Assembly: GCA_024398595.1 (NCBI GenBank)
Contig: JAKSIX010000001.1
Coordinates: 9,873-73,872 of the forward strand
DNA: 64,000 nucleotides
DNA from: Bacteroidaceae bacterium
Lineage (GTDB): Bacteria > Bacteroidota > Bacteroidia > Bacteroidales > Bacteroidaceae
Direction: 5' to 3'
Both the position numbers and the translations under genes were made by a program. A model generated the notes under the pieces. The model was not told the DNA's origin, searched no databases, and saw only the letters and a program-made list of their open reading frames with translations. Each line of letters starts with the position of its first letter. Position 1 is the first letter of the stretch. Of the stretch, positions 1 through 9,895 are shown piece by piece.

Positions 1-2046
1 TCATCTCCAAAGACTATAATGAATGATGTTACAGTAGAGCATCATTACGAGGATGTGACATACGATCCGGCAAAATTCGAGGAATACCTGCAGAACGTAC
101 TGCAGCTTGAGGCTGTAGCCTGCAAGGACTGGCTCACGAACAAGGTGGACCGTTCCGTAACAGGAAAGATAGCACGCCAGCAGTGCCAGGGTGCCATACA
201 GCTTCCGCTTTCAGACTGCGGAGCAGTGGCTTTGGACTATCGCGGCAATAGCGGTATCGCCACATCGATAGGCCACGCCCCACAGGCCGGTCTTGCAGAC
301 CCGGCAGCAGGCTCGGTATTGTCTGTAGCAGAGGCCCTGACAAATATCGTATTCGCTCCGCTCACCGATGGTTTGGGAACTGTATCGCTCAGTGCCAACT
401 GGATGTGGCCGTGCCGCGCCCAGCAGGGAGAGGATGCAAGACTGTATAAAGGCGTGAAAGCCCTGTCGGACTTCTGCATAGAACTGGGAATCAATGTTCC
501 TACAGGAAAGGATTCGCTGTCAATGACACAGAAATATCCGGACGGAAGCAAGATTATCAGCCCTGGAACCGTCATCGTATCGGCAGGCGGTCAGGTATCA
601 GACGTAAAGAAGACTGTATCACCGGTATTGGCCGATGTGAAGGGAAGTGTGCTTATGCACATAGATTTCAGCTACGACCAGCTGAGACTCGGAGGCAGCG
701 CATTTGCACAGTCCATGAACCGTATAGGCAGCGATGTGCCTACAGTCAGGAGCGCGGAATACTTCATCGATGCATTCAATGCCGTACAGGGACTGGTTGG
801 CTCAGGTCTGTTGCTGGCAGGTCACGACATATCAGCCGGTGGTCTTGTCACCACACTTCTTGAGATGTGTTTTGCCAATACTGCGGGTGGACTGGATATC
901 AATCTGGATGCTCTGAACTGCACAGACATAGTAAAGACTCTGTTTGCAGAGAACCCTGGCATAGTAGTGCAGATTGACAAGAAGAAACTGGACAATGTGA
1001 CTGCCGCACTTGATGAGAGCGGTGTAGGATACGCCATCATCGGTCGTCCGACAACGGAACGCACCATAGTTTTCCACTCCGACAAGGAATGCAGGACTAT
1101 AGATATAGACAGGATGCGTGAACTGTGGTACAAACCATCATACCTGATGGAGCGCAGACAGGCTTCAAACGGCTGCGCTGAGAAGAGATACGCCAATTAT
1201 ATGAAGCAGCCGTTACGTATTAAGGTTCCATATACGTTCCAAGGTACTCTGGCACAGTACGGACTGAATCCGGACAGACGCAGCGCAAGCGGTATCAAGG
1301 CTGCCATCATACGCGAGAAGGGAACAAACGGCGAACGCGAAATGGCGTATTCCCTGTGGCTTGCAGGCTTCGATGTAAAAGATGTGACCATGACCGACCT
1401 TGTAAGCGGACGCGAGACTCTGGAAGACATCAATATGATAGTCTTCTGCGGAGGATTCTCCAACTCGGACGTACTGGGTTCAGCGAAAGGATGGGCAGGC
1501 GCGTTCCTGTTCAACCCTGCCGCAAAAAATGCGCTTGACCGTTTCTATGCACGCAAGGATACATTGTCATTGGGTATATGCAACGGATGCCAGCTTATGA
1601 TTGAACTTGGTCTGATCAATCCCGAGCACAAGGAGAAGAGCCGTATGCTCCACAATGACTCGCACAAGTTTGAGTCAGCATACCTGGGACTTGACATAAT
1701 GGACAACAGCAGCGTTATGCTCGGCACGCTCAGCGGCTCAAAACTTGGAGTCTGGGTGGCACACGGCGAGGGCAAGTTCCATCTGCCCTACCCGGAAGAG
1801 CAGTACAACATCGTAGCCAGATACAGTTATCCGGACTATCCGGCCAATCCGAACGGTTCGGACTACAACACGGCGGCTATAGCAAGCGCCGACGGAAGGC
1901 ACATAGCAATGATGCCGCACCCGGAGCGTGCCATCTTCCCGTGGCAGTGCGCATACTGGCCTGCAGACAGGAGCGGGGACGAGGTCACTCCTTGGATTGA
2001 GGCCTTCGTCAACGCACGCAAATGGGTCGGGAAGAACAGACATTAA
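1..2046 (+). CDS. purL: Phosphoribosylformylglycinamidine (FGAM) synthase, single-chain PurL, C-terminal ~680 aa; the 5' end lies outside the window
   Basis: The frame is open from base 1. The translation ends with class-I glutamine amidotransferase motifs (LGICNGCQL nucleophile elbow, MMPHPER His/Glu), preceded by AIR-synthase-like C-domains (LLAGHDISAGGL). Confidence 0.9.
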   Translation, partial: SSPKTIMNDVTVEHHYEDVTYDPAKFEEYLQNVLQLEAVACKDWLTNKVDRSVTGKIARQQCQGAIQLPLSDCGAVALDYRGNSGIATSIGHAPQAGLADPAAGSVLSVAEALTNIVFAPLTDGLGTVSLSANWMWPCRAQQGEDARLYKGVKALSDFCIELGINVPTGKDSLSMTQKYPDGSKIISPGTVIVSAGGQVSDVKKTVSPVLADVKGSVLMHIDFSYDQLRLGGSAFAQSMNRIGSDVPTVRSAEYFIDAFNAVQGLVGSGLLLAGHDISAGGLVTTLLEMCFANTAGGLDINLDALNCTDIVKTLFAENPGIVVQIDKKKLDNVTAALDESGVGYAIIGRPTTERTIVFHSDKECRTIDIDRMRELWYKPSYLMERRQASNGCAEKRYANYMKQPLRIKVPYTFQGTLAQYGLNPDRRSASGIKAAIIREKGTNGEREMAYSLWLAGFDVKDVTMTDLVSGRETLEDINMIVFCGGFSNSDVLGSAKGWAGAFLFNPAAKNALDRFYARKDTLSLGICNGCQLMIELGLINPEHKEKSRMLHNDSHKFESAYLGLDIMDNSSVMLGTLSGSKLGVWVAHGEGKFHLPYPEEQYNIVARYSYPDYPANPNGSDYNTAAIASADGRHIAMMPHPERAIFPWQCAYWPADRSGDEVTPWIEAFVNARKWVGKNRH

Positions 2047-2052
2047 ACGGCT

Positions 2053-2592
2053 ATGCTGGGCAAGCTCTTCACTACATTTTTCAAAATAGGGCTATTCACC
2101 ATAGGTGGTGGCTATGTGATGATACCACTGATTGAGAAAGAGGTCGTAGAGCGCAACAAATGGATTGACAGTCAGGAATTCTCTGACATTCTGGCAATAT
2201 CTCAGGCAGCGCCTGGGATATTTGCCGCTAATATATCCATATTCATCGGATATAAGCTGAAAGGCATAAAAGGCAGCATTGCCTGCACAGCCGGTACCGT
2301 ATTGCCATCCGTGACAATCATATTGCTCATTGCCCTGTTTTTTCAGAGATTCAAGGAGATACCTCTCGTAGAGAACATCTTCAAAGGCATCAGACCTGCC
2401 GTCATCGCACTGATTCTGACACCTGCATTGAGACTCGCAGGACACGCTGATCTGGACCGCCGGACCATCTGGATACCGGTAGCATCTGCTCTTGCAATTT
2501 GGCTGCTCGGAGTGTCACCTATATATATCATAGCCGCTGCCATAGCAGGTGTGATTCTGTACCATTTCTACAAAAGGAGAAGCAGACTATGA
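2053..2592 (+). CDS. Chromate transporter family protein (short-chain CHR, first of a pair)
   Basis: ATG at 2053. N-terminus FFKIGLFTIGGGYVMIPLIEKEVVERNKWI is the typical CHR signature, and the protein is multi-TM. Confidence 0.8.
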   Translation: MLGKLFTTFFKIGLFTIGGGYVMIPLIEKEVVERNKWIDSQEFSDILAISQAAPGIFAANISIFIGYKLKGIKGSIACTAGTVLPSVTIILLIALFFQRFKEIPLVENIFKGIRPAVIALILTPALRLAGHADLDRRTIWIPVASALAIWLLGVSPIYIIAAAIAGVILYHFYKRRSRL

Positions 2593-3161
2593 TTTTCTGG
2601 CAGTTGTTCTACACATTCTTCACCATAGGCCTGTTCGGCTTTGGCGGAGGATACGGTATGCTCTCTCTCATACAGAATCTGATAGTGGTGAAATTCGGAT
2701 GGATAAGCAGCTCGGAGTTCACCGACATCGTAGCCGTAAGCCAGATGACACCGGGTCCCATAGGCATCAACTCGGCTACATACGTAGGATATACGGCGGT
2801 CATCAACGCTGGTATGGGCAAAGGTGCGGCAGTTGCAGGATCACTGCTGGCATCATTTTCCATAATGCTGCCGTCATTTATACTGATGCTGCTGATAAGC
2901 ATGTTTTTTATGAAATACAGCAGCCACCCGATGGTAAAGGATGTTCTTATCTGGCTACGGCGTGTGGTCGTCGGACTGTTGGCCGCTGCGGTACTGTCAC
3001 TGATAAGCAGGGAGAATTTCGGTACGGATAACATCCGGATTGCGGCAAGCATATCCATATTTGCCGCATCTTTCCTTCTGACTTACCGTCTGAAATGGAA
3101 TCCCATACTTGTGATTGTCATTGCAGGCATCTTCGGTGGAGTATTCAATACCCTTGTATGA
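2589..3161 (+). CDS. Chromate transporter family protein (short-chain CHR, second of a pair)
   Basis: The ORF-track start at 2499 was trimmed to the in-frame ATG at 2589 (MIFWQLFYTFFTIGLFGFGGGYGML). This gives an ATGA 4-bp overlap with the upstream stop. It carries the same CHR signature as its partner. Confidence 0.8.
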   Translation: MIFWQLFYTFFTIGLFGFGGGYGMLSLIQNLIVVKFGWISSSEFTDIVAVSQMTPGPIGINSATYVGYTAVINAGMGKGAAVAGSLLASFSIMLPSFILMLLISMFFMKYSSHPMVKDVLIWLRRVVVGLLAAAVLSLISRENFGTDNIRIAASISIFAASFLLTYRLKWNPILVIVIAGIFGGVFNTLV

Positions 3162-3179
3162 CCCCCGGCTGGAGCTGTC

Positions 3180-5570
3180 CTACTCTATAAGGAACTTATA
3201 TCCGTCACTGATATTGATTCCCCTGCTGGGAGTGCTGATATGCTGACCTGCGACATTGTATATCATATCGCCCTTCCATGTATCCGCAGGAATGTCATCA
3301 ACAGCACTCTCCGAGTCTATCACGTATGCCTCAATACCGCTCTTCGGAGTCGGGGCTGAATAATACGTGTTGAAATACAGGATTTTCTTGGCTGAATCAT
3401 AATGGGAAGACTCAGCCGGCAGCTGATGTCTTTTCAAATCGCCTATCAATATAACACCGTCATCGCCTGACCGGAAGCCGCTATCCTGATCTATGAACTC
3501 CAACTTATCGTCTTCATTCCAGGCGAACACAAGTTCCGTATCGCCCTGCATCGGATATAATCTCCATAAATAAGGTCTTGATACATCCTGATAAAGTTTG
3601 ACATTACTGCGCGTCTGGTTCACATACGTCTTGTAATAGTAAGCACCTGTGTATTTTTCCTTCCATTCGTGATTCATGTCCAACATCAGGGCATCCATAC
3701 ACCCTGCATAGTAACCACCGGGATGCCCGGCCGATGAATATATCACATACAGGGACAATGCTCCAAGCCTCCCGTCATAGACGCACGGATAGTCCCGGTA
3801 TGTATAACCGTCACTGAAGGATGGGGCATCGCTTATTATTATCTCATCCGAACCATTCATACATCCTGTCGATTGTTTCGGAACCCGGCACGCACCCGTC
3901 CGCAGATTAACATCTACCATCAATGACGCACCGGTGAACACCCCGTCAATTTTAATCTGCGCCTTATCACTGTCCTTATCAGACACGCGCCACTGCACGC
4001 TCACTTCAGACGGGCCAAAAATGTAAAATCCGCTTGAGTACTTTCCTGTACCACATTCCATCGGCATCCATTCCGACCATTCCTGCGATGCAGACTTGTC
4101 TGTAATATGCGAGAACAGCGACCACGGCAAAACAGATGAATATATATCCACCTTACCTGCCGGCACGACCAACACTGTATTGGAATAGACTCTGTTATCA
4201 AACACCGAGACATCACAGTCCAATGGAGAATTCCAGTTTACAACCAATGTATCAAGTTCCGTACAGGAAGCAAAGGCATAGCCTGATAGCCTTGTTATTG
4301 CTGATGGCAGTTCAACCTTGCTCACAGAAGAATTCATGAAAGCACCGCATCCCACGGAAATGACATCATACCCGCCGGGAACGGTATCCGGAACCTTGAC
4401 GTTTCCGGAATAACCGGATGATGACCCTTCCGGATACGACAGCTCCGTACTGTTACTGTTCAAGTGATTGTAGTACAGTTCACCGTACTTGTACTTCTGC
4501 CTGTCAGGAACGATGTCACATATAATCCCCTGTTCATCGCGATATGAGTCTGAAAGGGCAGACAGGTAATAACCGTCATTTTTTCCTCCCCATCCGAAAC
4601 AGAAGTGAAAATATCCCTCCGAGTCAAATCCGTCACATACGAAAGCATGTCCGCCGTCATTGCCCTGACCTGTATATATTACGGGCTGGAATCTTGTCAA
4701 CTGCTGTCTCAGCACATCATCCCATTGGTCTGCATTGTATTTGTTCCTGTAAACAAGATTTGCTGATTTGTACCTGAAATAATTTTTCAAGGCCTTGGGA
4801 ACATCCAGTGCAATAGCCCCACTGCCTCCAAGGTCATAATCCATATTTACAGCGACTCCGCAGTCATACATAAAACTGGAGATGGCATTAGCCTCTTCAG
4901 GTGTAATATGATAGACCAGGTATTTGTCTTTCATCATTGCCCAATCGTATTCAGACTTGCTGAAATCTGACGACAAGGTCTGACCATTCCATTTGTAGGA
5001 GTGGCTGCCTGTGGGATTCAGAGGCCATCTGTAATAATACATCACTTCACCCATCGCAACGGCGACACAACCCACGAGACAATTCTCATCTTTCTTTGAT
5101 GATTCGTTATATTTCTTAGGTGTTTTATTGTGAAACGGATATGTCTGCACCCATCTTACCTGACCAAGCAAAGGATGTATCACAATATGGCGGCCACCTG
5201 CTCCATCTGCAGTACCTTGTGGAGCTCTCAGCCTGATATGTTCCTTTCGGGCCTGCTCTATCTGTTTCTGATACTGGCCGAGCCACCATCTGGCATTGTC
5301 AGGCAAATTATCATAATCGAATGTTCCATCATCGGAATAGCCTATCACTATCTGCTCCCCGTCATACTCATCGGCCGACAGAATGACATACCCCTGCCTG
5401 TCCGCTCTGTTGAACACGTAAAAATCACTGAGTCCGTCGGTTCTTGCAACATACGCAAGCTTGACATCACCTCCAAGAAACGATTTTGCGAACCCGTCTG
5501 ACACGATGAGCTGCGGCCGTACGCTAAGGCATAGCAGCAGACACGGGACAATGATCAGTAAACGTTTCAT
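3180..5570 (-). CDS. Secreted peptidase C10 (streptopain/SpeB-like cysteine protease) with a BspA-type leucine-rich-repeat region and a short C-terminal sorting-like tail
   Basis: Signal peptide MKRLLIIVPCLLLCL. Catalytic Cys context NCLVGCVAVAMGEVMYYY and His context DGGHAFVCDGFDSEGYFHFCFGWGG. LRR_5-like segment GCGAFMNSSVSKVELPSAITRLSGYAFASCTELDTL. Its start overlaps the upstream stop by 4 bp (ATGA). Confidence 0.8.
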   Translation of the reverse strand: MKRLLIIVPCLLLCLSVRPQLIVSDGFAKSFLGGDVKLAYVARTDGLSDFYVFNRADRQGYVILSADEYDGEQIVIGYSDDGTFDYDNLPDNARWWLGQYQKQIEQARKEHIRLRAPQGTADGAGGRHIVIHPLLGQVRWVQTYPFHNKTPKKYNESSKKDENCLVGCVAVAMGEVMYYYRWPLNPTGSHSYKWNGQTLSSDFSKSEYDWAMMKDKYLVYHITPEEANAISSFMYDCGVAVNMDYDLGGSGAIALDVPKALKNYFRYKSANLVYRNKYNADQWDDVLRQQLTRFQPVIYTGQGNDGGHAFVCDGFDSEGYFHFCFGWGGKNDGYYLSALSDSYRDEQGIICDIVPDRQKYKYGELYYNHLNSNSTELSYPEGSSSGYSGNVKVPDTVPGGYDVISVGCGAFMNSSVSKVELPSAITRLSGYAFASCTELDTLVVNWNSPLDCDVSVFDNRVYSNTVLVVPAGKVDIYSSVLPWSLFSHITDKSASQEWSEWMPMECGTGKYSSGFYIFGPSEVSVQWRVSDKDSDKAQIKIDGVFTGASLMVDVNLRTGACRVPKQSTGCMNGSDEIIISDAPSFSDGYTYRDYPCVYDGRLGALSLYVIYSSAGHPGGYYAGCMDALMLDMNHEWKEKYTGAYYYKTYVNQTRSNVKLYQDVSRPYLWRLYPMQGDTELVFAWNEDDKLEFIDQDSGFRSGDDGVILIGDLKRHQLPAESSHYDSAKKILYFNTYYSAPTPKSGIEAYVIDSESAVDDIPADTWKGDMIYNVAGQHISTPSRGINISDGYKFLIE

Positions 5571-7294
5571 TCAAACACTGTTTTATTTCCACCAACAATA
5601 TAAGCCTTACCCCTTGTAGGAAAATGCGGATGTCTGCCGGACATATCAACTACGTCACCGCCATTCCAATCAATCACATCGTCCTGGGCTATCATGCCGA
5701 CAGCTGATTCCACCTCGCCCTGAACAACAGGTATCTCCACTATCTTTCCGAAAAGTTCAAGTTCCACTGTTCCCTGCCGGCCCTTAATGCCTGCCGGCAG
5801 AGGTTCGCCGCCTATGAACACATTTATCTGGCCATACTCAATATATTCATCAGAAATTTTCTTTACACTTATCCAACTCTCGTCCTCATCCAGAAATACA
5901 TTCCAGTTCTTTGCGGAATCCAACGTCAGAATCGCATAATCCTCATACCATTTCTTTTCGACATCATCATATATGGTCATGGTCTTCCTGCCGTCTTCGG
6001 AGATACGCACCACTACATCCTTCATCTCATCTACCACCTCAGCAACCGGAAGTGCACCATAAAAAGATATGAAGAAGCTTGACCATGGATAATAACCGAA
6101 TGTCTCAAACGACCCGTCATCAAGCAAAGCGTACGCATTGCCATTATAGAATTTCTCATCGGCAAACGGGCAATACCATTTCGAACCAAGCCTGTCAAAT
6201 CCCGATATTACAACCATGTAATCATATTCCCCATCCAGAACTATTGGAGCCTCAGTATATTGGAAAATCGGATCATAATCCATGAATCTGAAATTCACCG
6301 AGCAATACACATCGTTATATTCGTTCCTGCTCAATGTTACGTCCTCATCAACAGCAAATGCCTCAGCTACGACAGTGAAGCCATTTTCATCAAATCTCTG
6401 CACACTGGCAAACAAGGTATCACCCTCCAACGGTTTCCTGTCACTGTATTTTCCACCGGCCTTGGAGAGTATCAGCTTTATGCTGACTGATTCCGCATAC
6501 AGCAAATCACCCGGAGCGGAGAAGTACTCGGCAAAACCTACACACTTCTTGCCGGTATTCATTACCCGAGTCTTACCGGATTCATCTTCAACAAAAATAG
6601 AGAAATCCGCATTTGACTCGTAGTTCAAGCCACTGCCATAACCGACCCAAATGGAATCCATCGGATTTGCATTCCCCAGATGTACAAGGCCCTCACTTCC
6701 TCCGCGCCATAACGGTCCGGAACCTTCCTCAACATCCTCAGTATCGGCGTGGTACTGATATGAGGCCAGAGCTTTTACGTGTTTTTTATCTTCAGGGGCA
6801 TACACGTGAATATATGGTGTATTCTTGATGCCAAACAGGGATTCATACAAATCTCCATACCTATTTACCACTCCGGGAGCCCTGATTTCCTTAGCTACCC
6901 CATCTTCATACACCATTTCCGTCCATTCCACACTATCCCTCAAGGCCAGTTTACCGTCCAGCATGGAACAATTCTGCCAGTACACCTCCACCATGCCGGG
7001 TGTATATACTCTACTGTTATTCCACGCCAGCCAGTCTTGGTCCATACCTTCAACAAATGCATTGTAAGGTCTGTCATACCAGGCCTCGGCTTCCGGTGCT
7101 GCAGTTCCTGCAAGCATCACTCTTTCAGCATACAGGGAACGGGACATCTGCGGAATACGCTCCACACGCATGGAATTGACATCAACCACATTGTTTATCT
7201 GAGATTCTGTCTTATACATTACCCTATTGAACTGCGCATGGACGGTCACAGTTCCGCATAACACCGCCAAAATAAAAAAGAACTTTCTTATCAT
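5567..7294 (-). CDS. Secreted hypothetical protein, possibly with a BACON-like domain near the C-terminus
   Basis: Long ORF with signal peptide MIRKFFFILAVLCGTVTVHAQ, translationally coupled to the C10 peptidase gene. No catalytic motif recognised. The segment WISVKK...GRQGTVELELFGKIVEIPVVQG resembles BACON domains. Confidence 0.5.
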   Translation of the reverse strand: MIRKFFFILAVLCGTVTVHAQFNRVMYKTESQINNVVDVNSMRVERIPQMSRSLYAERVMLAGTAAPEAEAWYDRPYNAFVEGMDQDWLAWNNSRVYTPGMVEVYWQNCSMLDGKLALRDSVEWTEMVYEDGVAKEIRAPGVVNRYGDLYESLFGIKNTPYIHVYAPEDKKHVKALASYQYHADTEDVEEGSGPLWRGGSEGLVHLGNANPMDSIWVGYGSGLNYESNADFSIFVEDESGKTRVMNTGKKCVGFAEYFSAPGDLLYAESVSIKLILSKAGGKYSDRKPLEGDTLFASVQRFDENGFTVVAEAFAVDEDVTLSRNEYNDVYCSVNFRFMDYDPIFQYTEAPIVLDGEYDYMVVISGFDRLGSKWYCPFADEKFYNGNAYALLDDGSFETFGYYPWSSFFISFYGALPVAEVVDEMKDVVVRISEDGRKTMTIYDDVEKKWYEDYAILTLDSAKNWNVFLDEDESWISVKKISDEYIEYGQINVFIGGEPLPAGIKGRQGTVELELFGKIVEIPVVQGEVESAVGMIAQDDVIDWNGGDVVDMSGRHPHFPTRGKAYIVGGNKTVFE

Positions 7295-7304
7295 ATACTA
7301 TCTG

Positions 7305-8657
7305 TCATTTTTCAATATCAAACCTGAACCAAATACTATCACCCGCCTGATTCCACTTGAGACTGTTCAGACAGAAACAGGATTTGACGCTGCAAATGGA
7401 ATAATCCCCCGCTACAGCTTTCAACAGTTCGTCAAAAGCCGTGAACACGGAAAGCACGCTCTCCGACTGACTGCCCACAGGGACAGGATTCTTCATACTC
7501 ACCACACCGGAACCAACTGAATAGTCATAATCATAGCGGACTTTTATTCTGGTGTTCCTGTTTTTCCGGAATGTGACATCCACACTCAGTATTGCATCTT
7601 CTGACTGCGCATCGTGAATAGTGCAGTACCACGACTCCAACTCATACTTATCCCTCTGTGCCGCCATCTGCGACAGCAGACGCTTGTATATACTGTACAG
7701 TTGCGCACACATTGCGTCCTCCGAGAGTTTCATTGACCATCCCAAGCCGTTTCTGACCGTTTCGTCAAAAAAAGCCACGGCATCAGGAGCCTTCAATGTC
7801 ACTTTCCCAAAGTTATCTCCAGCCGCAAAACAATTTCTGTCCGGATCAAACACAAGTTCCTGAACATCGTCCGCACCAAGATGCAGCACATCGCGGAAAC
7901 GCAGATGATACCCGTCTTTATGCAACGTAATCAGATATGGAGCACGTTTTTCATTGGCCACCGGGTCACCGTCCACAGGATAGATATTCGGTATTCCGCC
8001 ACTTATACTATCCACACGATACACGGCATTCCCGGTACTCAGCAGATTGTAATTCACTGCATCATACGGGAACAGCGAATCTTTGAACGCTTCTACCCCG
8101 TCTATATATCTCTCATGATTGCCTTCCGCCAGCTGGGACATCCTCACATACACGCCTCTTTTCTTGCCTTTCATCATAACAGAACGGGATTCTGTAGCAG
8201 TGTCTGCAAGCACGAACTCATAGTCACCACCCATTCCCGTACCAAGTTCCCGATACGACGGATCTGAAAAACGATGAAGACAGCTGTTATAAGTCGGAAA
8301 CGACAGCACCGGTCCGTTATCCTTTCTTATCTCCCATACAGAAGTGTCCCTGAGTGCTTTATAATCTGATGCACTGTTTTTCATAGTCATCACAGCCGAC
8401 CCGTCATTCATGAAATCAAGCACTATCAGATACCCTCTGCCGGTTGTATGATTCACCGAGTTGGTCGGATAATATTCCATCACCCATCCCTCCGGCGATG
8501 ATGTGAGATATGCAGAATAGTCAGACACAGCCCTGTCAATACGCTCGGCGGCAGTAAGCGTAAAAAGGCTGTCAACCTCGTGACTGCACGCAGCCGTAAT
8601 GGCGGAAACAATCAGGCAGACAAGCCAAGAACAGATGTTATTCCGATATTTTCCCAT
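7305..8657 (-). CDS. Lipoprotein, DUF4302-like (the usual partner of the SusCD-associated zinc metallohydrolase lipoprotein)
   Basis: Start trimmed to the ATG at 8657 (MGKYRNNICSWLVCLIVSAITAAC, with lipobox Cys). The family call rests on position downstream of the HEXXH lipoprotein and is made from memory. Confidence 0.5.
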   Translation of the reverse strand: MGKYRNNICSWLVCLIVSAITAACSHEVDSLFTLTAAERIDRAVSDYSAYLTSSPEGWVMEYYPTNSVNHTTGRGYLIVLDFMNDGSAVMTMKNSASDYKALRDTSVWEIRKDNGPVLSFPTYNSCLHRFSDPSYRELGTGMGGDYEFVLADTATESRSVMMKGKKRGVYVRMSQLAEGNHERYIDGVEAFKDSLFPYDAVNYNLLSTGNAVYRVDSISGGIPNIYPVDGDPVANEKRAPYLITLHKDGYHLRFRDVLHLGADDVQELVFDPDRNCFAAGDNFGKVTLKAPDAVAFFDETVRNGLGWSMKLSEDAMCAQLYSIYKRLLSQMAAQRDKYELESWYCTIHDAQSEDAILSVDVTFRKNRNTRIKVRYDYDYSVGSGVVSMKNPVPVGSQSESVLSVFTAFDELLKAVAGDYSICSVKSCFCLNSLKWNQAGDSIWFRFDIEK

Positions 8658-9891
8658 ATTCAAATACCTGATTACGAAGTTCCTGAAGCAGAGTCGTCCC
8701 GTCAGGACGGACAAAAGTGAGATTGTTTATAAAGCGGCCGCCGGCATCCAGCACAAAATCGCCGTTCCCATCAGTCAGCCACTGACGGTGCTGCACACCC
8801 ATACGGAGCTTATCCAGATTGACGTTGAAATAGCGCATCAGCCATTCCCTGACCATATTGAGTTTATGTTCTATAACCTGATTGCCTATTACACCCGATG
8901 TATGCAGATATACTATATTTCCATCGGCATCGGTAAGCGCGTATTTCCCGTCATCATCACGCATAATTGATTTCCTGACTATTCCGTATGTTAAAGCCTC
9001 ATCACCTGCAAGCGATGTCTTCTTCACGAAATAGCCCACAGAATCACGCACGGCCTCACCCCTTCCGACTTTTTCATTCAGCTGATTCCACCATGCAGCA
9101 TCCACATCATCAACATATTCCCACTGATATGAGGCTGTCCGCATCATACTGTTCCAACTGACCGTATCGGTCACGATATAGACAGCGGTCAGCTCGACCC
9201 AATCCTCTGCAGCTTGGGACGATGCGTATGGCGAAATGAATCCCTGGCTTAACGCCACAGAGTCTGGTGTGGCACTCCAGCTGACAGAATTGTATTTACC
9301 ATTCGATATACGGTCAAAGTCCGCAGGACGGTTGACATTCTGATTGAGTATATGTCCGAACTCATGATGCATAGTCTTGAAAAAGTACCGGTTCATATAC
9401 TCTATATTGTCCGGAGACAGATGTTCTGCATTGTACAGGGTAATCTTGATTCCACCCTCTGCCGTACCAAGCACCTCTGTACCCTGCACAGGATTGTAGG
9501 CAGGAGAGCCTATGACGTGAATTATTCTCGGACTGTACTTCTTGAGGAAGACCTCGCCATCCGGCACACTGTCACGATACACGTCATACCACAGATACTT
9601 GCAGAGTACAGCCAGCGACACGCTTTTATCGTAAGAGCAAGGCACGAGATTGTATTGCATATCCGAAGCAATGTCCTCCATCCTGTAAAGGAAACGCATA
9701 TTGTACGGTTCCAGAAAATTACGGACACAGAACGTATCCAAGGCGAAAGTGTAGCTTTTCCTGTCAAGAGGCCGCTTCTCCGTATCAAATATGGAGGGGC
9801 CGAAACTGTCGTTTCCACACGATATTACACACAGCAGCGTCAAGACTGCGGCAAGTCGGACTATATATCGCGATACGTTTCCCATCATCAT
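8638..9891 (-). CDS. Substrate-import-associated zinc metallohydrolase lipoprotein (HEXXH)
   Basis: Lipoprotein signal LTLLCVISCGN. Zinc-binding motif MHHEFGHILNQ. Located immediately downstream of SusD. Confidence 0.75.
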   Translation of the reverse strand: MMMGNVSRYIVRLAAVLTLLCVISCGNDSFGPSIFDTEKRPLDRKSYTFALDTFCVRNFLEPYNMRFLYRMEDIASDMQYNLVPCSYDKSVSLAVLCKYLWYDVYRDSVPDGEVFLKKYSPRIIHVIGSPAYNPVQGTEVLGTAEGGIKITLYNAEHLSPDNIEYMNRYFFKTMHHEFGHILNQNVNRPADFDRISNGKYNSVSWSATPDSVALSQGFISPYASSQAAEDWVELTAVYIVTDTVSWNSMMRTASYQWEYVDDVDAAWWNQLNEKVGRGEAVRDSVGYFVKKTSLAGDEALTYGIVRKSIMRDDDGKYALTDADGNIVYLHTSGVIGNQVIEHKLNMVREWLMRYFNVNLDKLRMGVQHRQWLTDGNGDFVLDAGGRFINNLTFVRPDGTTLLQELRNQVFEYGKISE

Positions 9892-9895
9892 TTTC

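Noticed and set aside
2053-3161. Split chromate transporter as a possible pseudogene (a broken chrA)
   Set aside because: Paired short-chain CHR genes with a 4-bp overlap are a known natural arrangement. Both halves have intact signatures and proper ATG starts.
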